Source of the DNA: Chthonomonadaceae bacterium
GTDB lineage: Bacteria > Armatimonadota > Chthonomonadetes > Chthonomonadales > Chthonomonadaceae
Reading direction: 5' to 3'
Length of the DNA stretch: 64,000 nucleotides
Assembly (NCBI GenBank): GCA_035653075.1
Contig: DASRCN010000067.1
Location: 13,233-77,232 of the forward strand
Part shown: positions 20,379 through 29,345 of the stretch, piece by piece
Position numbering within the stretch: the first letter of the stretch is position 1
Layout of the letters: every line of letters starts with the position of its first letter
The notes under the pieces: model-generated
What the model was told of the DNA's origin: nothing
The model's input: only the letters and a program-made list of their open reading frames with translations
Databases searched by the model: none
Made by a program: the position numbers and the translations under genes

Positions 20379-20855
20379 ATGCCACGCGCGCTGGTGCCGG
20401 GCAGTTTCGACCCGGTCACAAACGGACACCTCGATATCATCGAGCGGGCGGCGGGAATGTTCGACCGCGTGCTCGTGGCCGTGGCGCGCAACTACTCCAA
20501 AGCGCCGCTCTTCACCATCGAGGAGCGGATGGAGATGCTGGCCGAAGTCTGCGTACCCTACCCCAACGTCGCGGTAGACGCCTTCGAGGGCCTGCTGGTG
20601 GATTACGCCGTCGCGCACGAAGCGACCGTCATCGTGCGCGGGCTGCGGGCCGTCACGGACTTCGAGTACGAGATGCAGATGGCGCTGATGAACCGGCGGC
20701 TCAACAGCGCCGTCGAGACCGTGTTTATGATGCCGGGGGCGGAATACTCCTACCTCAGCTCCAGTATCGTCAAAGAAATCGCCCGCCTCGGTGGGTCTGT
20801 GAAAGGGCTGGTACCAGACCGTGTTGAAGAACGACTACGACAGAAAGTCGGATAA
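20379..20855 (+). CDS. coaD: Phosphopantetheine adenylyltransferase
   Basis: [21 protein letters not shown]... carries the T/HxGH motif and matches the CoaD length. Confidence 0.95.
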   Translation: MPRALVPGSFDPVTNGHLDIIERAAGMFDRVLVAVARNYSKAPLFTIEERMEMLAEVCVPYPNVAVDAFEGLLVDYAVAHEATVIVRGLRAVTDFEYEMQMALMNRRLNSAVETVFMMPGAEYSYLSSSIVKEIARLGGSVKGLVPDRVEERLRQKVG

Positions 20856-20874
20856 CACCGAACAAACCGAACTC

Positions 20875-21582
20875 ATGAATCCCGATTCTCCCCCCAAGAA
20901 TACCGATACCGTACCGGTCGCGCCTACCCAGGCCGCCGATCCGCCGCGCTTCGTCGTGCCGCCTCAGGGCAGCGTGGACCTGTTAAAGCTGCTGACCGAG
21001 CTGGAAGAGCTGGTCGAGAAGACGCCGCGCCTGCCGATGGGCACGCTGTTCCGTTTCGACGAGGACCGCTTCCACATGACGCTCATGAAAATTCGGGCCA
21101 ACCTGCCGGAGGACCTGAAGCGCGCCTCGAAACTTGCCCGTGAGTCCGAGCGTATCGTAGAGGAGACGCGGGAGAACGTCGAGCGTGTCACGGAAGGGGC
21201 GCGGAAAGCGGCGCTGACCGAGCTGGAGCGCGGGCGCGCCGAGGCGGCGCGTCTGAAGGAGCAGGCCGTGGCGGAGGCCCAGCGCCTCCATGAGGCCGCC
21301 GTGCAGGAGGGGCAGCGAATCCAGGACGAGGCCCGCGTGGAGGCCGAGCGGATTCTGGAGGCCGCGCATGCGGAGGCGGCCGCGCTGGTGTCCGAAAGCG
21401 GCATCCTCCGGCAGGCCGAGGGCGTGGCCGAAGATATTAAGAAGCGCGCCTGGCAGGAAGCGGAGAAGATGCAGCGCGGCGCGGACGACTACGCGCACGG
21501 CGTGCTTGCCAACCTGGAGATCACCCTCGGCAAGACGCTCGCGCAGGTCCAGCAGGGGCGCGTGCTACTGGAAAAAAGCTGA
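20875..21582 (+). CDS. Coiled-coil hypothetical protein in conserved position between coaD and DUF177/rpmF
   Basis: Highly charged alpha-helical E/A/R-rich sequence. Start set at the internal Met after the coaD stop. No family recognised. Confidence 0.55.
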   Translation: MNPDSPPKNTDTVPVAPTQAADPPRFVVPPQGSVDLLKLLTELEELVEKTPRLPMGTLFRFDEDRFHMTLMKIRANLPEDLKRASKLARESERIVEETRENVERVTEGARKAALTELERGRAEAARLKEQAVAEAQRLHEAAVQEGQRIQDEARVEAERILEAAHAEAAALVSESGILRQAEGVAEDIKKRAWQEAEKMQRGADDYAHGVLANLEITLGKTLAQVQQGRVLLEKS

Positions 21583-21599
21583 GGTCGATTCAAGGTGTC

Positions 21600-22163
21600 A
21601 TGATGCGGCTTGATCTAACCGAGCTTCTGCATGAAGTCGGGAAGCAGGTAGAATACGACATCAACGAGCCTCCCCTCGTGGATGAGGATGTCGAATGTAC
21701 GCAGCCTATCCAGGGCAAGGCGACCTTTACCAATACGGGCGGCCTGCTGCTCATTCGCGGGAATGCCCGGACGGCGGTCGCCCTGCCGTGCAGCCGCTGC
21801 GCGCTCTACTACGAACAGCCTGTCGCGTTCCCGATCGAGGAGCAGTTCGAGATCCATCGGGTGTCGGGACCGCGCGGGCCGCAGGCGATAACGCTTCTGG
21901 AAGAGGACCAGAGCCCGATTGCGGGTAAACTGTTTGAGGGCTACGTGCTCGACCTGACGGAGATGCTTCGCCAGTATATCCTGCTGGCCGAGCCGACGCA
22001 GCCCTTGCCGCCGCTGGATGCCGGCGGGCGCTGCGCGCACTGCCACCGGACTCCGGAAGAGGTCCTGCAGGAAGCTACCGGAGAGACGGAAACGGACGAA
22101 GCGCCGATCAACCCGGCCTTTGCCAAGCTCGGCGAGCTACTGGATAAAAACAAGCCGACCTGA
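21600..22163 (+). CDS. DUF177 (YceD/YlbN family) protein, large-subunit ribosome accumulation factor-like
   Basis: Conserved position directly upstream of rpmF. CxxC...CxxC motifs (LPCSRCALYY; GGRCAHCH) typical of YceD. Confidence 0.85.
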   Translation: MMRLDLTELLHEVGKQVEYDINEPPLVDEDVECTQPIQGKATFTNTGGLLLIRGNARTAVALPCSRCALYYEQPVAFPIEEQFEIHRVSGPRGPQAITLLEEDQSPIAGKLFEGYVLDLTEMLRQYILLAEPTQPLPPLDAGGRCAHCHRTPEEVLQEATGETETDEAPINPAFAKLGELLDKNKPT

Positions 22164-22208
22164 TACAATAGGACGTAATAAGGAAATAGATAGAAAGGAG
22201 GTCATGGC

Positions 22209-22415
22209 ATGCCGCTTCCCAAACGTCGTCATTCCAATCAGCGCACGCGCAAGCGACGCACGCACTATAAACTCGCGCATCACCCCGCGATGGTGCCCAG
22301 CTTCGAGAAGCAGGGCGGATATACCTTAATGCACCGGGTCGATCCGGAGACGGGTCGCTACAAGGGTCGCCAGGTCTTTGACGTGGCGGATGAGACCCAG
22401 CAGGGCCAGGGTTGA
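22209..22415 (+). CDS. rpmF: 50S ribosomal protein L32
   Basis: MPLPKRRHSNQRTRKRRTHYKL... is the canonical bL32 N-terminus. RBS AAAGGAGG lies upstream. Confidence 0.95.
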   Translation: MPLPKRRHSNQRTRKRRTHYKLAHHPAMVPSFEKQGGYTLMHRVDPETGRYKGRQVFDVADETQQGQG

Positions 22416-23509
22416 TTACCGGCCCGCGAGCGGAGGTGAATCGGGCGACCCGAATCGCCGTCGATGCCATGGGCGGCGACAAGGGTCCGCCGGAGGTAGC
22501 GCGCGGCGTCATCGAGGCTGCGCGCCGCTCGCAGGCTTTTTTTTCGCTGGTGGGCGATCCAGGCGTCTTGCAGCCGGAGCTGGAGCGCCTGCCCGCGAAG
22601 CCGGCTAACATCGAGATCGTCCCGGCCGCCGAAGTCATCGCCATGTGCGAGCCGCCTGCGGCGGCGGTACGGCGCAAGCCGGACGCGTCGATCGTCGTGG
22701 CGGCGCGCATGGTCAAAGATGGCAAGGCCGACGCGCTGGTCACCATCGGCAACACCGGGGCGGCCATGGTGGTCGCGCACCGCATCTGGGGACCGATCCA
22801 GGGCGTCGATCGCCCGGCCATCGCCGCGCCCCTGCCCTCCCTGACAGGCACCGTCATCCTGCTCGACGTGGGCGCGACGGTGGACTGCGACCCGAACAAC
22901 CTCTATGAGTTCGCCATTATGGGGGGCGCCTACGCGCAGGCGGTCCTGGGGGTCGCGCGGCCGCGGGTCGGGCTGCTCTCCAACGGTGAGGAGGCCAGCA
23001 AGGGCAACCTGCTGGTCAAACGGACTCACGCCCTCTTTCGGCGGCTGCCGGAGAACCTGAGCAGCTTCGAGTTCATCGGCAACGTGGAGGGACGGGACAT
23101 TTTCCGGGGCGGGGTGGACGTGGTCGTCTGCGATGGCTTCGACGGCAACGTCGTCCTCAAGACGGGCGAGGGCGTGGCGGAGATGGTGCTGCGGCTGATC
23201 AAGGCAGAGCTAGGCCGGCACGTCTGGCTGAAGCCGTTTGTCGTTCCTTTAATGCCTGCCCTGCGGCGTCTGCACCGGCGTATCGACTACGCCGAGCGCG
23301 GCGGCGCCCCGCTTTTGGGCGTGAACGGCGTCTGCATCATCGGGCACGGCCGCTCGGACGCCTACGCCGTCACCAACGCCTGCCGCGTCGCCGAGCTGGC
23401 CATTCAGCACGATCTCGTTCAGACGATCCGGCAGCGAATCTGCGACCAGCCTCTCGTGCCATCCAAGCTTTCGGACGATTCGTCCTCGGAACAGAAGGGA
23501 AGGGAATGA
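22412..23509 (+). CDS. plsX: Phosphate acyltransferase PlsX
   Basis: ...RIAVDAMGGDKGP... N-terminal motif and ...VLKTGEG... block. Conserved synteny rpmF-plsX-fabH. Confidence 0.95.
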   Translation: MITGPRAEVNRATRIAVDAMGGDKGPPEVARGVIEAARRSQAFFSLVGDPGVLQPELERLPAKPANIEIVPAAEVIAMCEPPAAAVRRKPDASIVVAARMVKDGKADALVTIGNTGAAMVVAHRIWGPIQGVDRPAIAAPLPSLTGTVILLDVGATVDCDPNNLYEFAIMGGAYAQAVLGVARPRVGLLSNGEEASKGNLLVKRTHALFRRLPENLSSFEFIGNVEGRDIFRGGVDVVVCDGFDGNVVLKTGEGVAEMVLRLIKAELGRHVWLKPFVVPLMPALRRLHRRIDYAERGGAPLLGVNGVCIIGHGRSDAYAVTNACRVAELAIQHDLVQTIRQRICDQPLVPSKLSDDSSSEQKGRE

Positions 23510-24597
23510 CTTCCACTCCAGGCGCGCTTCCCAACAACTCTCCGCTCCCCTCCACGACGGCAGGCGGCTTCGGCGCCGGTATTCTCGGGCTGGGTCTGTG
23601 CGTGCCCGACCGTGTGGTCACCAACGACGACCTCGCGCGGATGGTGGACACCAGCGATGAGTGGATCACCACCCGCACCGGCATCCGGGAGCGGCGGATC
23701 GCCGGGCCGGAGACGGCTACGTCCGACCTGGCCGTCTCTGCCGCGCAGGAGGCGCTCAAAGATGCCGGGATAGAGGCCGCGCAGCTTGATCTGATCCTCT
23801 GCGCCACGACCTCCGGCGACTATGTCTGGCCGGCGACCGCCTGCGTGGTCCAGCAGCGGATCGGCGCCGTGCGCGCCGCCGCCTTCGATCTGGCCGCCGC
23901 CTGCTCCGGTTTCTGCTATGGCATGGCGGCGGCGGCGGGCTTTATTCAGACCGGGGCCATGCGGCGTATTCTGGTGATCGGCGCGGACATGCTTACCCGG
24001 CAGACCAATTGGGAGGACCGGGGGACCTGCATTCTCTTTGGAGACGGCGCGGGAGCGGCCGTCCTCGGCCCCTGCGCGCCGGAGGAGGGGATCCTGGCCT
24101 CCGTGCTGGGCGCGGACGGCAGCGGCGTGGATATGCTGCTCATTGCCGCCGGGGGCACGCGCCGGCCAATGACGCGGGAAGCCCTGGAAGAGAAAAAGAA
24201 TACCATTTTCATGCGCGGGCGCGAGGTCTACCGGTTCGCCGTCGAAGTCGTGCCGGAAGCGATCGAGGAGGCGTTGCGGCGCGCCTGTCTGCGCCCGAGC
24301 GACGTGAATCTTTTGGTGATGCATCAGGCGAATATCCGTATTCTCACGGCAGTCGCGGAGCGGATGGATATCCCGATGGAGAAGGTGTTCGTCAATATCG
24401 AAAAGTACGGCAACACGTCCGCCGCCTCTATCCCGATCGCCCTGGCGGAAGCCGCCGCGCAGGGGCGGCTGCACAAAGGCGATGTCGTCGTCACCGCCGG
24501 CTTCGGCGCGGGTCTGACCTGGGCCACCAATGTCTTGCGCTGGAACCGTGAAGAAAATAGACCTCACCCCTGTCCAATCGCCATCGGTGCGGGGTAA
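23506..24597 (+). CDS. fabH: 3-oxoacyl-ACP synthase III (FabH), with short N- and C-terminal extensions
   Basis: ...GILGLGLCVPDRVVTNDDL... Active-site Cys context AAACSGFCYG. ...HQANIRIL... and ...YGNTSAASIP... motifs. Confidence 0.95.
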   Translation: MTSTPGALPNNSPLPSTTAGGFGAGILGLGLCVPDRVVTNDDLARMVDTSDEWITTRTGIRERRIAGPETATSDLAVSAAQEALKDAGIEAAQLDLILCATTSGDYVWPATACVVQQRIGAVRAAAFDLAAACSGFCYGMAAAAGFIQTGAMRRILVIGADMLTRQTNWEDRGTCILFGDGAGAAVLGPCAPEEGILASVLGADGSGVDMLLIAAGGTRRPMTREALEEKKNTIFMRGREVYRFAVEVVPEAIEEALRRACLRPSDVNLLVMHQANIRILTAVAERMDIPMEKVFVNIEKYGNTSAASIPIALAEAAAQGRLHKGDVVVTAGFGAGLTWATNVLRWNREENRPHPCPIAIGAG

Positions 24598-24609
24598 CGG
24601 CCCCGCTAA

Positions 24610-24643
24610 TGTTCCCCCTCTCCTTATGAAGGAGAGGGGAACA
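24610..24643. repeat. C-rich/G-rich palindromic repeat, family B copy (TGTTCCCCCTCTCC-TTATGAA-GGAGAGGGGAACA) between fabH and fabD
   Basis: Near-perfect hairpin seen directly inside the fab operon intergenic gap. Confidence 0.5.
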
Positions 24644-24684
24644 GAGCCGAGGAAGCTGTTTAGTCATTCAGGCCGGGTTTAAGT

Positions 24685-25632
24685 ATGAAAGTCGCTTTTC
24701 TATTTCCAGGGCAGGGCGCGCAGAAGGTCGGGATGGGCTGGGAGTTCTACGAGAACTTTCCCCAGGGCCGAGCCGTCTACTTGCGTGCGAATGAGCTGCT
24801 GGACTTCGATCTGGCCAGGCTCTGCTTCGAGGGGCCGGAGGAAAGCCTGCGCGAGACGGAGAACGCTCAGGTCGCCCTGTTTGTGACGAGCATCTCCGCC
24901 TTGCGGTGCCTGGAAAGCATCTGCACGCGCCGGCCCGACGTCGTTGCCGGCCATAGCGTGGGCGAGTACGCGGCGCTCGTGGCCGCGGGGACACTGGCCT
25001 TCGACGACGGCCTGAATCTAGTGCGGAAGCGCGGCGAGCTGATGCGCGACGCAGCCAGAAGCACGCCGGGAACGATGGCGGCCGTGCTCGGGCTGGACGC
25101 GGAGACGGCGCGGCAGGCGTGCGAGGAGGCGCGAGCGAGCGGCGCTGGCCTGGTCGTGGTGGCGAACGTTAATGGCGCCGGGCAGATGGTGCTCTCCGGC
25201 ACGCCGGAGGCGGTGGAGAAGGCGGGCGAGATCGCGCGAGAGAAAGGCGCAAAGCGCGTGATTCCGCTATCCGTATCCGGCGCCTTCCACTCTCCGCTGA
25301 TGGTCAGCGCCGGGGATGCGCTGTTTACGCATCTCTCCCACACGGCGTTCCGAAAGCCGGAGGTGCCGGTCGTCTCCAACGTGACGGCCCGTTATGTCGA
25401 GATGCCGGACGATCTGATGGGCGGGCTGACGCGGCAGGTGAGCGGCAGCGTCCGCTGGGAAGAGTCGATGCAACTGCTTCTGCAGGACGGCGTGGACACG
25501 TTTATCGAATTAGGCTGTGGCGACGTGCTGACCGGACTGATCCGGCGCATGGATAAGTCCGTTCATGCGCTCAGCGTACAGGATGCCGATTCCCTGCAGG
25601 CCGCCTGCCATCTCCTTCAATCAGAAGCCTGA
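24685..25632 (+). CDS. fabD: Malonyl-CoA:ACP transacylase
   Basis: ...FLFPGQGAQ...GHSVGEYAAL... carries the GHSxG active-site motif. Confidence 0.95.
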   Translation: MKVAFLFPGQGAQKVGMGWEFYENFPQGRAVYLRANELLDFDLARLCFEGPEESLRETENAQVALFVTSISALRCLESICTRRPDVVAGHSVGEYAALVAAGTLAFDDGLNLVRKRGELMRDAARSTPGTMAAVLGLDAETARQACEEARASGAGLVVVANVNGAGQMVLSGTPEAVEKAGEIAREKGAKRVIPLSVSGAFHSPLMVSAGDALFTHLSHTAFRKPEVPVVSNVTARYVEMPDDLMGGLTRQVSGSVRWEESMQLLLQDGVDTFIELGCGDVLTGLIRRMDKSVHALSVQDADSLQAACHLLQSEA

Positions 25633-26375
25633 TGAAATTACAGGATAAAGTCGCGGTGGTGACGGGCGCCGGGCGCGGGATCGGCCGGGCGATCGCGCTG
25701 AAGCTGGCGGAAGAGGGCGCGAAGGTCGTCGTCAACTACAGCCGCAGCGCCGAAGCCGCCGAGCAGGTGGTCGCGCAAATCCGCGCGCAAGACAGAGAGG
25801 CGATCGCCGTTCAGGCCGACGTGGCGGATGCGGCGCAGGTAGAAGCCCTCTTTACGGCGGCGCGAGAGCGCTTCGAGCGCATCGACCTGCTGGTCAACAA
25901 CGCCGGCGTCACCCGCGACAAATTGCTGCTGCGCATGAGCGAAGAGGACTGGGATGCCGTTCTGGATACCAACCTCAAGGGCGCCTTCCTGTGCGCTCGC
26001 GCGGTCGCGCCGCTCTTTCTAAAGCAGAAGGGTGGGGGCATCGTCAACGTCGGCTCGGTGATCGGTACGGTCGGCGGCGCCGGCCAGGCCAACTACAGCG
26101 CCTCCAAGGCCGGCCTGGTGGGCCTGACGAAGTCGCTGGCGAAGGAATTGGGCTCGCGGAATGTGCGGGTCAATGCGGTCGCGCCGGGATTTATCGAGAC
26201 CGAGATGACGGAGGTCCTTAAGCCCGACTATCGGGAGGCGATCCTGCGCCAGATTCCGCTGGGGCGCTTCGGGACGGTCGAGGATGTGGCTCGTGTCGTC
26301 GCTTTTCTGTGTTCCGAGGATGCCGCCTATATCCAGGGACAGGTGATCTCTATCAACGGCGGGCTGTTTATGTGA
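25632..26375 (+). CDS. fabG: 3-oxoacyl-ACP reductase
   Basis: SDR motifs TGAGRGIGRAIA (TGxxxGIG) and YSASKAG (YxxxK). Confidence 0.95.
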   Translation: MKLQDKVAVVTGAGRGIGRAIALKLAEEGAKVVVNYSRSAEAAEQVVAQIRAQDREAIAVQADVADAAQVEALFTAARERFERIDLLVNNAGVTRDKLLLRMSEEDWDAVLDTNLKGAFLCARAVAPLFLKQKGGGIVNVGSVIGTVGGAGQANYSASKAGLVGLTKSLAKELGSRNVRVNAVAPGFIETEMTEVLKPDYREAILRQIPLGRFGTVEDVARVVAFLCSEDAAYIQGQVISINGGLFM

Positions 26376-26376
26376 G

Positions 26377-26470
26377 GCGCCGGGCCATGAAATACCCGTC
26401 TGGGGGGCCTTCGGCCTGCGTAGCGAGCGGCGCTTGCGCCTGCCTGGCGAAGAACCGTCCTGCCGGACGG
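26377..26470. repeat. Dispersed intergenic repeat, family A copy, between fabG and acpP
   Basis: GCGCCGGGCCATGAAATACCCGTCTGGGGGGCCTTCGGCC... shares the GCCGGGC-ATG-AT(T)ACCC-GGCCTTCGGCC core with the copies at 17495, 41424 and 48852. Confidence 0.45.
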
Positions 26471-26528
26471 AAAAACCGGCAGCGGAAATCTTTCCTATCA
26501 TGACCATCGAGAAGGAGAAAGGGAGCGC

Positions 26529-26765
26529 ATGAACACTTTCGAGCGTGTAAAGAAGGTACTGGTCGAGCAGTTGGACGTGAGCGAGGACGAGGTGACGCCG
26601 CAGGCGAACATCGTCGATGATCTGCATGCCGACTCGCTGGACGTGGTCGAGATCATCATGGGGTTGGAAGAGGAATTCGACATCGAGATCCCGGATGAGG
26701 ATGCCGAGAAGATCACCACCGTCCAGCAGATCATCGACTACGTCGAGGATAAGGCCAAGGGCTAA
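26529..26765 (+). CDS. acpP: Acyl carrier protein
   Basis: ...[25 protein letters not shown]... carries the DSLD phosphopantetheine attachment motif. Confidence 0.95.
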   Translation: MNTFERVKKVLVEQLDVSEDEVTPQANIVDDLHADSLDVVEIIMGLEEEFDIEIPDEDAEKITTVQQIIDYVEDKAKG

Positions 26766-26831
26766 GGGAAGGAGAACGAGGCCGCTCTTCCGGCCGCGCG
26801 AGGTCCGGCAGGGGGCGATGAGGAGCGTGTT

Positions 26832-28241
26832 ATGAGCGCAGAGAGCAAGCAGAGGGCGAGCGCGCGGCGCGTGGTCATCACGGGCGTGGGCGCGGTGACG
26901 GCGCTCGGCCAGACCGCCGAGTCGCTCTGGAAAGCATGCCTGGCCGGCTGCTCGGGAATCACGCCCATCAGCGGCTTCGACGTCAGCAACTACACGACCC
27001 GCTTCGCCGGGGAGATCAAGGAGTGGGACCCTTCCCCCTTCATGGACCGTAAAGAGGCGCGGCGGATGGATCGCTTCGTCCAGTTTGCGGTCGCGGCGGC
27101 TTCTATGGCGCTGGAAGATGCCGGGCTTCAGATCGACGACGGCAACCGGGACCGGATCGGCGTCTATATCGGCTCGGGCATCGGGGGCCTGGCGACCATC
27201 GAGGAGCAGCACAGGGTCCTGCTGGAGCGTGGGCCGGGCCGGATCAGCCCGTTCCTCATTCCGGGGATCATCTGCGATATGGGGGCCGGCATGGTCTCCA
27301 TCGTGACGGGCGCGCGGGGTCCCAATGCCTGCATCACGACGGCCTGCACCACGGGCACCAACAACCTGGGCGACGCCTACGAAGTCATCCGCCGGGGAGC
27401 CGCCGACGCGATGATCGCGGGCGGGGCGGAGGCGTGCATCACGCCGCTGGGCATGGCGGGCTTCTGCGCGGCCCGCTCGCTCTCGACTCGGAACGATGCC
27501 CCGGAGTGTGCCAGCCGTCCCTTCGATGCCGGCCGGGACGGCTTTGTGATGTCCGAAGGCAGCGGCATTCTGATCCTGGAAGAATTGGAGTCGGCCCTGG
27601 CGCGCGGCGCGAAGATCTATGCGGAGATCGTCGGCTACGGCATGTCGGGCGACGCGCATCACATCACGGCCCCGTCTCCCGAAGGCGAGGGCGCGGCCCG
27701 CGCGATGAAAGCCGCCCTGGAGAGCGCCGGCTTGCGGCCCGAAGACATCGACTATATCAACGCGCACGGCACCTCCACCGAGCTCAACGACAAAAACGAG
27801 ACGGCGGCGATCAAGGCCGTGCTCGGCGAGCATGCCTATCGGGTCCCGGTCAGCTCCACCAAATCCATGACCGGCCATCTCATCGGCGCGGCGGGCGCGG
27901 TGGAAGCCATTCTCTGCGCGCTGACCATTCGGGACAGTGTTCTCGCCCCGACCATCAACTACGAGACCCTCGATCCGGAATGCGATCTGGACTATGTTCC
28001 TAACGCGCCCCGCAAGGCCAACGTGCGTGTCGCCATGTCCAACTCCTTCGGTTTCGGCGGCCACAACGCCACCATCATTCTCAAGCGCCTGGAAGCCGGC
28101 GCGTCGCAGGTGTCGCTGTTAGAGGAGCGGGTTGCCGAATCGCCGGAAGCCGCAATCGACTTTGCGGGATTGGAAGAGGAAATCGAACTCGAAGCCCTCG
28201 TCCGGGACCTGGAGGAGGACGCCATAGCGCCCATACGTTAG
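26832..28241 (+). CDS. fabF: 3-oxoacyl-ACP synthase II (FabF) with an unusual roughly 55-aa acidic C-terminal extension
   Basis: Active-site context ...CTTGTNNLG (Cys in a TACTTG-like block). ...NAHGTST... and ...KSMTGHLIGAAG... motifs. Confidence 0.95.
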   Translation: MSAESKQRASARRVVITGVGAVTALGQTAESLWKACLAGCSGITPISGFDVSNYTTRFAGEIKEWDPSPFMDRKEARRMDRFVQFAVAAASMALEDAGLQIDDGNRDRIGVYIGSGIGGLATIEEQHRVLLERGPGRISPFLIPGIICDMGAGMVSIVTGARGPNACITTACTTGTNNLGDAYEVIRRGAADAMIAGGAEACITPLGMAGFCAARSLSTRNDAPECASRPFDAGRDGFVMSEGSGILILEELESALARGAKIYAEIVGYGMSGDAHHITAPSPEGEGAARAMKAALESAGLRPEDIDYINAHGTSTELNDKNETAAIKAVLGEHAYRVPVSSTKSMTGHLIGAAGAVEAILCALTIRDSVLAPTINYETLDPECDLDYVPNAPRKANVRVAMSNSFGFGGHNATIILKRLEAGASQVSLLEERVAESPEAAIDFAGLEEEIELEALVRDLEEDAIAPIR

Positions 28242-28258
28242 GGAAAAGGCAAAAGACG

Positions 28259-28774
28259 ATGGCACAATCGCTGCCCCATCCGATCCATCCCGGTAAAATG
28301 ACCTTCGAGGAGTTTATCCACTGGGGAGACGAAACCTCGTTTGCCGAATGGATCGATGGGGAAGTCGTCGAACTGCCCCTGCCTACCTGGCGGCATCAGG
28401 ATCAGGTAGGCTTCCTGATGGCTCTGCTGCGTACGTTTTCCGAAGAACACCGATTAGGTGAAGTTCTTTCCGTCCCCTTCCTGATGCGATTGCCGGTACG
28501 CCCCTCCGGACGCCGACCGGACATCATGTTCGTCGCCAATGAACATCTCCACCGCTTCAAAGAATACTATCTCGATGGCCCCGCCGATCTTATCGTCGAA
28601 ATCAGCCTAGCGGAAACTGAAGATTGGGATCGAAACGAAAAGCTTAACGATTATGCCCAGTCCGGCGTGCGTGAATACTGGCTGATACATTCAGAGCGCA
28701 ATCAGGCAGAGTTCTATCAACTTGGCGAGAACAATACCTATCGTCCTGTCTCCATCAATCAAGTAGAGACTTGA
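28259..28774 (+). CDS. Uma2-family (DUF820) putative PD-(D/E)xK endonuclease
   Basis: ...MTFEEFIHWGDE...AEWIDGEVVE... and ...DLIVEISLAETEDWDRNEKLNDYAQSGVREYWLI... match the Uma2/DUF820 family. Confidence 0.8.
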   Translation: MAQSLPHPIHPGKMTFEEFIHWGDETSFAEWIDGEVVELPLPTWRHQDQVGFLMALLRTFSEEHRLGEVLSVPFLMRLPVRPSGRRPDIMFVANEHLHRFKEYYLDGPADLIVEISLAETEDWDRNEKLNDYAQSGVREYWLIHSERNQAEFYQLGENNTYRPVSINQVET

Positions 28775-29345
28775 CGACCTTGTAGACATGAGTCCCTGGA
28801 AATGAAGGCCAGAGTTCGTTAGGGGCACTATCCAAATTCTTAGCCCGTTGAATTGCCTGTCGGATATAGGGCTTATAAGCATCGATATCAAGGTTCTTTT
28901 TGCTATAGCTACCCAATTGTGACCGCAGACGGCTTTCTATGGCTCTACAGTCTGTATCAGAAACTTCACAATCACCATGATGAAGCCAAAGCCAGAGCTC
29001 AAAACAAGGATTACTTACAGCCAACCCTATATTCATCTGATTGGCCTGTTTACAAACTGTCGCCAAGTTTTCAAGGGACCATCTATCTACATCGATCATA
29101 AGCCACAGTTTATCTTCTGGCCCAAGATTATACTCATCATGGAATAAGCTCAGTCTATCAAAGACATGCGCAGGGCTTGATTTCCCGTCTGGCCCCGTTG
29201 GTATGACCCTCACCTTGACACGCGGACTTTGGAAGATTGTGAAATATTGCCCCTCTGTCTTTTCGCCTTCGGTAGCGATTATATATAACCTAGCATCGCG
29301 GACGCTGTCTTGACGTTGCAGAAGTTTCGTGCGGTCAAGCTTCAT
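28755..29345 (-). CDS. RloB-like (Toprim/OLD C-terminal-like) protein; AbiLii-like partner of an AAA ATPase
   Basis: N-terminus LYIIATEGEKTEGQYF matches the RloB signature (hhhhcEGe+TE..YF). A DxD Toprim-type acidic motif (MIDVDRWS) is present. Translationally coupled (4-bp overlap) to the upstream AAA_21 ATPase. GC is about 45% against a roughly 63% background. Confidence 0.75.
   Translation of the reverse strand: MKLDRTKLLQRQDSVRDARLYIIATEGEKTEGQYFTIFQSPRVKVRVIPTGPDGKSSPAHVFDRLSLFHDEYNLGPEDKLWLMIDVDRWSLENLATVCKQANQMNIGLAVSNPCFELWLWLHHGDCEVSDTDCRAIESRLRSQLGSYSKKNLDIDAYKPYIRQAIQRAKNLDSAPNELWPSFPGTHVYKVVKSLLD

Noticed and set aside
18543-20618. 691-aa minus-strand ORF
   Set aside because: Antisense to recG, whose helicase motifs are unambiguous.
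26019-28064. 681-aa minus-strand ORF
   Set aside because: Antisense to fabG, acpP and fabF.
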